A DNA stretch of 64,000 nucleotides from a virus. The DNA is taken from the IMG/VR virus record IMGVR_UViG_3300037722_001025, positions 29,022 to 93,021 of that record; one strand, written 5' to 3'. This document shows positions 40,193 through 48,882 of this stretch, one piece after another. The number at the start of each line of letters is the position of its first letter. The first letter of the stretch is position 1. The notes beneath the pieces were generated by a model, which worked only from the letters and a program-made list of their open reading frames with translations, ran no database searches and was not told where the DNA came from. The translations under genes and the position numbers were made by a program.

Positions 40193-40474
40193 GAATAATT
40201 CATTTAATTTGTAATCCCAAAAGAAGGAGAAAAGGATGAAAGTCAAACTTCTGGTAAATCTAAAAATTGCCGACAGTTCCATCATTGGTTCAGGATCTAC
40301 CTTTGAAGGGGAAAAACTGGAAGATTTTCCAGATTACATTCGAACTAACCTGAATAATCCTAAAGTGGTCAAGATTCTTCAAGGAAGTTTGTCTATAGAA
40401 AGTGAACTGAAAAAACCAGTTGAAAACCCGAAAAAAGCACCGGCTCTTGCTCGTAGGGCAAAATAAGGAGCATT

Positions 40475-40921
40475 ATGGCTGCCTCTACTGACATCATAAA
40501 TATGGTGAAAGTCTTGTTATCTTCCTCGTCAACATTGTTGACAAGTGATGGTTACGAGGCTGCTGTCCAAAGTGCTGAATCTGAGTTGGGTTGGAGTCTT
40601 CCGGTAACCAACCCAACTCAGATTCAATGGATGGCAAAAAGAACACTCCGACATTGCTTTTTCATTCTTTGGACCGCTTCGGCCCAAAAATTTAAATATA
40701 AGCAGGTAAATCTTCAACAGCGATTTGATCACTATGATAAGCTCATCAGACATATGGATTGGGAGTACGGTAAAGCTCAGGACAGTGACGCCAGTTTGTT
40801 TGCGAACGTCGAGATATACAAGCAATTTGGAACAGCGGTAGGGGCAGGATTTCGATATGATAAAATTGGAAATGATCTTACTTATGAGGATCTGACAAAG
40901 TTTATAAATTCTGAGGTATAA
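40475..40921 (+). CDS. Putative head-tail adaptor
   Basis: Size and gene order. Confidence 0.5.
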   Translation: MAASTDIINMVKVLLSSSSTLLTSDGYEAAVQSAESELGWSLPVTNPTQIQWMAKRTLRHCFFILWTASAQKFKYKQVNLQQRFDHYDKLIRHMDWEYGKAQDSDASLFANVEIYKQFGTAVGAGFRYDKIGNDLTYEDLTKFINSEV

Positions 40922-40922
40922 A

Positions 40923-41552
40923 ATGGCTAGCATTGGTGCAGATATTAAAGAGGTTATGGATGAACTAGGAGTAACCGCTACAATTCTGCGGTCACCAACT
41001 AATATTACGGAAAAAATCACAACTGAAGCAGATTATGTATCCTCAACTAATCCTTTCATGCAGGAACATCATACAAATATAGGTTTGAATTACAATACTC
41101 AAGTTGTAACAGGTGATTTGCTTCAAATCCTCAATGATTATCATCTAGTAATTGCTAAAGTTCCAGATATGTTTGAAGGGGAAATGGTAGAATTTACTGC
41201 CGCCTTATATAAATGTAATGTTTCTGGAGCTGTTCTTTTAATTCCTGTACAAACCCAAGATCCAGATACTTTTAAACTCACCTCTACTTGGAATGTAAGA
41301 AAAACGGGAGTAAGAGGTGTATTACACCAATATAAAAGAAGTGCCCCACTAGAACCAGAAACTTCTGCTGGTAGAAACCCGATTTTTGAATTAGAAATGT
41401 TTGTTCCTGCAAGTTATGGAGCTGTTATAAATGACCGAGTTTATATTTCAGCCACAGAATATTTCAGAATTTTGGATATAGAAAAATACAAATTACCAGG
41501 AATTCATACCCTAACTCTTGTTCAAGATGATAGAGTAGTTTATACACCATAA
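40923..41552 (+). CDS. Putative head closure protein
   Basis: Beta-rich; gene order. Confidence 0.5.
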   Translation: MASIGADIKEVMDELGVTATILRSPTNITEKITTEADYVSSTNPFMQEHHTNIGLNYNTQVVTGDLLQILNDYHLVIAKVPDMFEGEMVEFTAALYKCNVSGAVLLIPVQTQDPDTFKLTSTWNVRKTGVRGVLHQYKRSAPLEPETSAGRNPIFELEMFVPASYGAVINDRVYISATEYFRILDIEKYKLPGIHTLTLVQDDRVVYTP

Positions 41553-41563
41553 GGCGTAAGATT

Positions 41564-42040
41564 ATGGCAGATAATAATCTGGATGAATTCAGCAAGATGT
41601 TATTTGACTTTGCATATAACGAGGTTCCTAGGGAGTTCATTCGTAGGCAAATTGAAATAACCATCTTTTTGTTTAAGAGGTTGCAGAAAAGAACACCAAA
41701 ACCCCCAAGAGGACCAGATGCTCCGTATGTTACAGGACATCTTGCTAGTAACTGGAGGGTAACCAGAAATGAACCGAAAACAAATGTATTAGGATCAAGG
41801 AAAGCTCCTGTTCAAATGCGAACTGAATGGGAAATCAGAAGTTACTTAGGTAAAGGCACTATAAGACAAGGTTCTCGTTCTCCGATTAATGTGGGAGAGG
41901 AAGTGATTCTCATCTATAACAATGTAAGGTATATGAAATACGTGGCAAATGGCAGTAGTAGAAGGGCTCCTGCTGGAAGTATAGTTGAACTTTCCTTAGA
42001 AGAAACTAAAGATTTTATCACTTCAAAAGGGTGGAACTGA
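41564..42040 (+). CDS. HK97 gp10-like neck/tail completion protein
   Basis: RTP...TGHLASNW, IYNNVRY...NGSS..APAG. Confidence 0.7.
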   Translation: MADNNLDEFSKMLFDFAYNEVPREFIRRQIEITIFLFKRLQKRTPKPPRGPDAPYVTGHLASNWRVTRNEPKTNVLGSRKAPVQMRTEWEIRSYLGKGTIRQGSRSPINVGEEVILIYNNVRYMKYVANGSSRRAPAGSIVELSLEETKDFITSKGWN

Positions 42041-42492
42041 TGTCCAATACTGCTACCTACTTAGAACTAAGAAAAAGGTATAGTACTGCATGGACACCAC
42101 CTTCTACTGAGTATCCAAATGAGAAGTTTGTAACACCTACAAATGCTATCTGGGCTAGATTCACCATCATAGACGGTGAAGAAAGACAGATAGATATAGG
42201 GGCTAGGCAAAAAACATTTCGTACTCCAGGACAACTGGTAATACAAATGTTTGCTCCCATAGATCAAGGTATAACTGATGTACTTGAAAAAGCAGATAGT
42301 CTTGCTGATTTGTTTAGAAACTGGAGAGGTTTAGTTGTAAAATGCAAAGAGGTATCTGTAGAAAAGATAGGAAATGATGGAGAGGGGTGGTACCAAGTCA
42401 ACACTACCGTATTTTATACTGTAGAAATGGTAAAGACCGAATTTGCAATTCCTGCAGATACCATCATTGACGGCGGAAACGCTCAGGGGTGA
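42040..42492 (+). CDS. Tail terminator-like protein
   Basis: YPNEKF, WARFTI, GQLVIQMFAP..G, WYQVN; C-terminal IIDGG. Confidence 0.7.
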   Translation: MSNTATYLELRKRYSTAWTPPSTEYPNEKFVTPTNAIWARFTIIDGEERQIDIGARQKTFRTPGQLVIQMFAPIDQGITDVLEKADSLADLFRNWRGLVVKCKEVSVEKIGNDGEGWYQVNTTVFYTVEMVKTEFAIPADTIIDGGNAQG

Positions 42493-42685
42493 TTATGTGG
42501 AGAAATGTATCAACCAACATTGCTGCAATTATTGTTTATGTTCAAACTATGTATCCAGGTCTTGATGCAGAAAGAATCATCCAAGCTTTTAAAGATGGTA
42601 CAATAGTTCCTGCAATAATCAATCTTGCATTGATGTATTTTCTTTATACTGGTCACAAAAATCCATCAGATAAGGGGGAATTAAA

Positions 42686-44674
42686 ATGATTCGTTTATTG
42701 GCCATCATATTTGTTTTACTTTTGGCAGTTTGTGATATACAGGCAGCCACTACTATTTTGCAACGCGGGGACACTTCTGCAAATTGGACTTCTGTAAACC
42801 CGGTACTTGCAGGTCGAGAAGTAGGATGGGAAACAGATACCAGAAAAGCGAAGTTAGGAGATGGTGTTACTTCTTGGAATTCATTGTCTTATATTTATAC
42901 AGGTGATGGAGTAACTGATCATGGAGTATTAACAGGATTAACCGATGATGATCATGCTCAGTATTTGACTAATGCTAGAGGAGATTTGAGGTATAGTCTT
43001 CTTGGACATGATCATACAGCGGGTGATGTGACAGTAACTACCACTTCTTTTGATGGCAACTTGTCGGCCCTAGATGACACTGTTCAGAAGGCGTTAGAAA
43101 CCCTAGATGGTATGATAGGAGGAGAAGCGGAAACAGATCCTGTCTTCGGTGCCTCTGAGGCGGCTAGTTTTGTCGTCGGGGATAAGACGAAGCTCGATGG
43201 AATCGCCACAGGTGCTGAGGTCAATGTCAACTCTGACTGGAACTCTGCTAGTGGTGATTCCCAGATATTGAATAAGCCCAGTCTCGGCACGGCGGCACTA
43301 CTTGATAGTGGGGTAGATATCGGTGATGTAGTTATTTGGGAGGACGACGGGAGTGGAAACGCTTCCATTCCTATTGGGTCAACGGACCTGCCGTTGATGG
43401 GCGATTACAGCGTCAACGGCACACCTTTTGACGGTGATGCTAACGGAAAGATCGATGCTGCTCTATTGGACGCTACCGGAGGTGCTTCAGCTATCGGTGA
43501 TCTGACTGATTGGCCCGCTGGGGTGACACCTACTGAGGTAGGATATCTCGACGGTGTGACTAGTGGGATTCAAGCCCAGATCAACAGCATGTCCTCTGCT
43601 AGCGGCTACGTCTCTCCTCCGACTTATTCAGATGAAACCTGCACAGCAGGGACATATTCTTTTGATTCTGAATATTTCTATGCTTGCAAGACTACGGACA
43701 CCTGGGATCGGGTGGCTTTCATAAGCTGGAGCAATCCTACTCCTACTCCGCCCACTTTGATCTCTGCTACTATCGGTACGGACGGAACGACCTTCACCCT
43801 CGTCACTTCTGAGGCCATCCTTATCGGCTCAGGCGGAAACGACGGATGGGACGTGGACTGTGCAACAGCAGGAAGCGATATAACTGCTACGTACTCAAGC
43901 GGAGACACCACCGACACACTTGTTTACACGCTCGGCACCACGGTCAATTCTGGAGACACTTGCAATGTTGATTACGTTCAGCCGGGGGATGGGTGGGAGG
44001 ATGCGCAAGGGGACGATCTTGCTTCCATCACCAGCGGAAGCGTAACGAACGACAGTACGCAGGGCGGCAGTACTTACGCGGATATAGTCTTCTACGCCAA
44101 TGCCGACACAGCAAGTACCACCCCCCAGAAAGGGACCGGGCCTATGTCACTTAGTGCCGGAATCCTACTCGAAACAACCGACCCCATACTCGGTGCAGGG
44201 TCTTGGGACAATAATAATGATGGATGGGACAGTATTACGATCCCTGCGGCGAACATTAATTGGGGTGATGTGCGGATTGGTTTTTATTTCAGGCCATTTG
44301 AAAATGCCGCTGGTCGTGTCCTTTCGGCCGAAACAAGTGAACCTCTTTTTAACTTAAAGTATTATAGTGCGACCCAAATGTCTTTTACATACAAAGACCA
44401 AAGTACGCAAGTGTCGCATGGGTTGAGCACTTTTGATGGGTCCGTTGTCTCTTACATAGAAGTAGTTTTAACCGGAACCACGGCTGAGTTATTTATAGAT
44501 GGCGTAAGCAAGGGGACATTAACCGGTGCGGGTGGCACTGCTCCATCAGGGTATTTAATGATAGGAGCGACGGACGGGAATCAATGGGACGCACACTATG
44601 ACCAGGTTATAATTTCGGATGACACGGAGAGGGATATCTATGCGGTACGCGATATTACTGATTTTAGCGATTAA
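42686..44674 (+). CDS. Fibre-like protein with signal peptide, Mtd/hyaluronidase-type N-terminal domain and C-terminal lectin-like domain
   Basis: MIRLLAIIFVLLLAVCDIQA; QRGDTSANWTSVNPVLAGREVGWETDTRKAKLGDGVTSWNSLSY; ELFIDG lectin-like C-terminus. Confidence 0.7.
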   Translation: MIRLLAIIFVLLLAVCDIQAATTILQRGDTSANWTSVNPVLAGREVGWETDTRKAKLGDGVTSWNSLSYIYTGDGVTDHGVLTGLTDDDHAQYLTNARGDLRYSLLGHDHTAGDVTVTTTSFDGNLSALDDTVQKALETLDGMIGGEAETDPVFGASEAASFVVGDKTKLDGIATGAEVNVNSDWNSASGDSQILNKPSLGTAALLDSGVDIGDVVIWEDDGSGNASIPIGSTDLPLMGDYSVNGTPFDGDANGKIDAALLDATGGASAIGDLTDWPAGVTPTEVGYLDGVTSGIQAQINSMSSASGYVSPPTYSDETCTAGTYSFDSEYFYACKTTDTWDRVAFISWSNPTPTPPTLISATIGTDGTTFTLVTSEAILIGSGGNDGWDVDCATAGSDITATYSSGDTTDTLVYTLGTTVNSGDTCNVDYVQPGDGWEDAQGDDLASITSGSVTNDSTQGGSTYADIVFYANADTASTTPQKGTGPMSLSAGILLETTDPILGAGSWDNNNDGWDSITIPAANINWGDVRIGFYFRPFENAAGRVLSAETSEPLFNLKYYSATQMSFTYKDQSTQVSHGLSTFDGSVVSYIEVVLTGTTAELFIDGVSKGTLTGAGGTAPSGYLMIGATDGNQWDAHYDQVIISDDTERDIYAVRDITDFSD

Positions 44675-46217
44675 TATACTTTTCCCAAATATTGTTTTTT
44701 CCGCACCGTCTGTTTCTGGGGTATCTGGGACTATCGCAGATGGAGAATCGGTAAACATTGCTGGTTCTTCTTTTGGCACTAAGAGTCCCGCCGCGCCTGT
44801 GATTTGGGCACCTTTTGAAGGGTCTTTAAACCCATCCAATCTAGGGACTGTCACTAGTTGGGCTGAAAACCAAAACGCAGGGTATACGACGGCTGTTAAA
44901 CACGCCGGTAGCGGATCGATGGGTTCAACTTCTGGATGGACTTCTGCCCTTTTTAACGCTGCGGTGAGTACTGGAGTGTCCGGATATAACAAACCTTTTT
45001 ATGTGAATGTATGGAGAAGGGCCACATACTCTGACACACAGGCAAGCATGAATCTGAAGTTTTTCAGGGTTTGGCCTGTCGGACTTGGTTACCCAAACTG
45101 GTATATTTCTAAATCTACTGATTCAGAGGGAGGTAGTGTTTGGTCGCGAAGATATACAGAATCGTGTACGGGCACGGCAGTATCTTTTGATTTTCATGTA
45201 GCGGGTACAACGTTCAGAAACGACGAATATATATGGAAAACCAGTAGTTCAGCCAGTGCTTCAGATGGTATTTTACAAGTTTTGATAGATGGTGTGTCTA
45301 AAGTTGACTCTTCCGCCGTTACATACGATTGTGCCGGGAGTCTGACCCCAGGAGGATTAATATCGATACAAGACGACCCCAGCAACTACACCCCGAGCGG
45401 CGATTCGTGGTATGACGACATTTATGTAGACACCACATGGGCCAGGGTAGTTATCGGCAATGCGTCCACTCTTGCGACAAGCACCCACAGGGAAATACAG
45501 ATTCCATCTGCGTGGTCAGCAAGCAGTATTGACGTAACGGTTAACAGAGGAAGTTTCGGAGCAACAGATACCGCCTATCTCTTTGTCGTGGATGCCGACG
45601 GGTCTGCCAGTGCCGGGCAGGAAATCACGTTCGGGGATACCGAGGCAGACACCACTCCCCCCTCCGTCGGCAACGCCTCCCCCTCGGGTGAACTAAACTC
45701 AGGTACCACTAGCACGGCTATCAGTGTTGACGCTACGGACGCAAGTGGCGTGACAGGGTGCAAATACGACACCTCGGATGTCGCCTATGCCTCTATGAGT
45801 GGAACGCTTACCAACACTTCCGGAAATACGTGGGATGACACCGTTTCGGTCAGCGACGGCAACAGTTACACCTACTATGCTCGGTGTATCGACACGGAAG
45901 ACAACGCCAATATGTCTTCAACCACCATTAGCTTTTCAGTAGCCTCAGATACGGTCATGTGTTACCCCGATGTAGACGAAGATACCTATGGCGACATTAA
46001 CGATGCTGGAACCGAAAGGTCGTCCTGTCAGGCCGGGGAGGTTGAAGACAACACAGACTGTAATGATTCGAACGCCTCAATTCATCCCGGTGCAACCGAT
46101 ACATGCGGGGATGGAATTGACCAGAATTGTAGCGGTGGCGATGCTGTGTGTTCAGGTGGGAAAGTCACGAGAGGTAATGGTAAGGTGAAGGTCGGCAGCG
46201 GTTATTTGAAGCGGTAA
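44640..46217 (+). CDS. Secreted lectin/Ig-like protein with MopE-like metal-binding repeat
   Basis: Signal peptide; DGILQVLIDG...YDDIYVD; DTTPP Ig-like domain; DCNDSNASIHPGATDTCGDGIDQNCSG. Confidence 0.75.
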   Translation: MRYAILLILAINILFPNIVFSAPSVSGVSGTIADGESVNIAGSSFGTKSPAAPVIWAPFEGSLNPSNLGTVTSWAENQNAGYTTAVKHAGSGSMGSTSGWTSALFNAAVSTGVSGYNKPFYVNVWRRATYSDTQASMNLKFFRVWPVGLGYPNWYISKSTDSEGGSVWSRRYTESCTGTAVSFDFHVAGTTFRNDEYIWKTSSSASASDGILQVLIDGVSKVDSSAVTYDCAGSLTPGGLISIQDDPSNYTPSGDSWYDDIYVDTTWARVVIGNASTLATSTHREIQIPSAWSASSIDVTVNRGSFGATDTAYLFVVDADGSASAGQEITFGDTEADTTPPSVGNASPSGELNSGTTSTAISVDATDASGVTGCKYDTSDVAYASMSGTLTNTSGNTWDDTVSVSDGNSYTYYARCIDTEDNANMSSTTISFSVASDTVMCYPDVDEDTYGDINDAGTERSSCQAGEVEDNTDCNDSNASIHPGATDTCGDGIDQNCSGGDAVCSGGKVTRGNGKVKVGSGYLKR

Positions 46218-46249
46218 AGTCTAAATCACACCTAACTTTAGGAGGATTT

Positions 46250-46702
46250 ATGATGAAAAAGTTTATGGTTTTTCTGCTTCTCCTTGTACTTGTTTCACCA
46301 TTTGTAGTATTGGCCGATCAATCAACTCTTGATTGGAGTTTGACTTTTGCTCCACCTCATAATGAACCAGTAATTGGGGATAAAGTAGCAAGGTACCGTC
46401 TCCAACTTCATCCTGAATGGTCTTCCAAGTTTGTTCGATTTTCTCCGGAGATCAATGCCTGGGGTGTAAATACTTGGCAAACATCAGATGTAGTCGGACA
46501 TGGGGTACCTGATGCTTGGGAGAACTCAGATTGGTCAGTAGAAACAGTTCGGATTTCCATGACAACTAGGGTCGAGCTTGGTCCTGAATCAATTCATCTT
46601 TATGCCGAACATTACATGCCCATTAATAGAGAATCATGGGGTGGGCATGGTTTAGAACAAAATGTTTACTTTCTTTTAGGAATAGGTGGACGTGTCGAAT
46701 AA
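46250..46702 (+). CDS. Secreted, probable small outer-membrane beta-barrel protein
   Basis: Signal peptide; amphipathic beta strands; terminal YFLLGIGGRVE. Confidence 0.55.
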   Translation: MMKKFMVFLLLLVLVSPFVVLADQSTLDWSLTFAPPHNEPVIGDKVARYRLQLHPEWSSKFVRFSPEINAWGVNTWQTSDVVGHGVPDAWENSDWSVETVRISMTTRVELGPESIHLYAEHYMPINRESWGGHGLEQNVYFLLGIGGRVE

Positions 46703-46768
46703 TATTGGCACGGTCACTTTAGTCAATAATCGGCCCATAAATAGGCCATTTAACAAAAGGAGAATATT

Positions 46769-47953
46769 ATGGCAACTACAGACTATCAAGCGGCAATTGA
46801 CACCTCCGATGTTGTAATGAGCTACGGCCCCGAAGCAACATGGGGTACACTTCCTGAGGTTGCTTTTCAGGACATCCGACTTGATTCGGAAGGTTTCAGC
46901 AGTTCCAAATCCCGTACTCGCCCCAGTGAAATCAATGCTGATGGTCAAGCTTCTGCGGCCATCACTGTCAAAGAGGAATCTCCTGGTTCCTTGAACTTCT
47001 CTGTTTCTGCTGGTACCCATAACGCCCTTATTGCTTCTTCCATCGGTGGAGTTTTTTCAACCCCACTTGCCATCAGTGCAGCTACTATCGCCGCGACTGC
47101 GACTGGCTTCACTGATTCAGGTGATGGATTTGTAAGCGGAGGAATTGTTGTAGGTCAGATGATCAAAGTGTCCGGATTCCTCACCACCGGTCTTCTGGCA
47201 AACGGTATTTATCGAGTTGATACGGTAGCAGCCGGTGAAATCACCACAACTCCCGCACCTGGAGCAACCAAAGTTGCTGGAGACACTGTTGCGATTAAAG
47301 GTTCCATGTGTCGCAACGGCAAGGTCTTCCAGAGCTTTTTTTTCCAGAAAGAGCTTGCAGCCGCTCTTTTCTTGCAGTATGCTGGTGCTTGGCCTACTGG
47401 TGGAAGTCTCGACGTTGGAGTTGGTGACTATCTCAAAGGCACTATGAGCTTCCTGAACAAAGCTGAGACGAAAGCAACTACAGATGGTTCTACAGGAGAT
47501 CATGTTGCGGCGCCCACAGGTCAAGTTGTTGACTCGGTTGATGGTATTGGTGATATTTACCGAAATGGTGCAGTCGTTGATGCCATTATTCAAAAAATTG
47601 GTGTCAAGTGGGATAAGACAGGTGCTCGGGCTCAATATGGTATCGGTTCTGCTTCTGCCAAAGGTATGGGTAATGGATTGCTTACGGTCACTGGTTCTCT
47701 TTCTTCTTACTTTAAGGACTTTGCTCTTTACGACGAATTCCGCGCTGAAACTGGTGGGCCTATCTGGTTCCAGGCTCTTGATGCAGATGGAAAAGGATAT
47801 GTCATCACCTTCTGCTCTGCAAAGATCATGAACCCGAAAATTGTTGCAGGTGGGGCCAATCAGGACATCATGGCTGACTTCGAAATTGAAGGAGAACCTG
47901 GAAGTGTTGCACTTTACGGCGGTAAAACCATTCAGATTGATTACTTCAATTAA
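46769..47953 (+). CDS. Major tail tube protein
   Basis: YGPEATWG, SEI..DGQ, VTGSLSSYF.D..LYD; precedes the chaperone and tape measure genes. Confidence 0.85.
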   Translation: MATTDYQAAIDTSDVVMSYGPEATWGTLPEVAFQDIRLDSEGFSSSKSRTRPSEINADGQASAAITVKEESPGSLNFSVSAGTHNALIASSIGGVFSTPLAISAATIAATATGFTDSGDGFVSGGIVVGQMIKVSGFLTTGLLANGIYRVDTVAAGEITTTPAPGATKVAGDTVAIKGSMCRNGKVFQSFFFQKELAAALFLQYAGAWPTGGSLDVGVGDYLKGTMSFLNKAETKATTDGSTGDHVAAPTGQVVDSVDGIGDIYRNGAVVDAIIQKIGVKWDKTGARAQYGIGSASAKGMGNGLLTVTGSLSSYFKDFALYDEFRAETGGPIWFQALDADGKGYVITFCSAKIMNPKIVAGGANQDIMADFEIEGEPGSVALYGGKTIQIDYFN

Positions 47954-48094
47954 TCTGTTTAATTGGGGCTGGGCGGAGTAGGTCTCTTTCCCTGCGTGTG
48001 GGCTTCCACTTTACCGCCCTCTTTTTAAGAGAGAGAAACAATATTTTGAATTCGTCCCAGGTGGGGACGACATAACCCAAGAAGGAGTATAGAG

Positions 48095-48550
48095 ATGAAA
48101 AAGGAAGAGACCAGAAAAAGCATTGATGAACTGTTTCAGACTGATCAAAAAGCAGAAAAGGATGAAGGTGTTATTCTCGACTACGGGGATTTTCGGGTAA
48201 GAATTGCACGAGCTGGAGGAAACAATACTAAATTTTCCCGTGTTCTCCAGGCCAAGATGAAACCTTTTCGTCGGCAGATCGAAACGGATACTATGGATGA
48301 AGAAGTTGCTACCAAGCTCATGGTTGAAACTTACGCTGAAGCCGTCATTCTGGACATGGACGTGAAAGTAGGCAAAGACAAGTATGAGCAAGGTATTCTT
48401 CGGAAAACAGGTGTTGTTCCTTTTACAAAGGAGAATGTGGTTTCCGTATTTACGGAAATGAAGGAATTTTTCCGGGATGTTCAATCCCAAGCAAATAATG
48501 TGAGTTTGTTTCGAACTCATCAGCTGGAAGAGGACACAAAAAACTCCTAG
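48095..48550 (+). CDS. Tail assembly chaperone (gpG-like)
   Basis: Between tail tube and tape measure; ends in A AAA AAC slippery site. Confidence 0.85.
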   Translation: MKKEETRKSIDELFQTDQKAEKDEGVILDYGDFRVRIARAGGNNTKFSRVLQAKMKPFRRQIETDTMDEEVATKLMVETYAEAVILDMDVKVGKDKYEQGILRKTGVVPFTKENVVSVFTEMKEFFRDVQSQANNVSLFRTHQLEEDTKNS

Positions 48551-48882
48551 ACTGCCTCAACTGGAATCTCACTTGGGGCAGTAGGTTAGGGTTTTTGCAA
48601 GGTATTGAAAAGCGGGAGGGTAAACCACCTCCCGCTTTGCAGAATAGAAAAGTACCGAATCAATGGAGCATTATTTATTGGAAAGCTTATCAAGAACTCT
48701 CAGGTTCACGTACTTGGTCACAAGGAGGTCCTTCAGAAATACCATATACCCCCAAGATTTTGTGGCTCAATGAAAACGGAGTGTTTGATGAAGATGACAG
48801 GAATGATATCCTTCATGTAATACAAAAGTTGGACACTGCGTATTTGGAACATGTTTCCAAGAAACTTGAGAGGACTAAATGA
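48538..48882 (+). CDS. -1 frameshift extension of the tail assembly chaperone (gpGT-like)
   Basis: A AAA AAC at 48538-48544; the -1 frame stays open (KLLDCLNWNLTWG...) to 48882. Confidence 0.85.
   Translation, partial: KKLLDCLNWNLTWGSRLGFLQGIEKREGKPPPALQNRKVPNQWSIIYWKAYQELSGSRTWSQGGPSEIPYTPKILWLNENGVFDEDDRNDILHVIQKLDTAYLEHVSKKLERTK

Noticed and set aside
36645-40285. Long antisense ORFs opposite the head genes (also 3005-3701 and 16123-16978)
   Set aside because: Shadow ORFs caused by codon bias in highly expressed genes
42686-46217. Diversity-generating retroelement target (Mtd-like N-domain)
   Set aside because: No reverse transcriptase and no template/variable repeat pair is visible in the window
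48538-48544. Tail chaperone -1 frameshift as a novelty
   Set aside because: A well-known conserved feature of long-tailed phages; listed as a feature only
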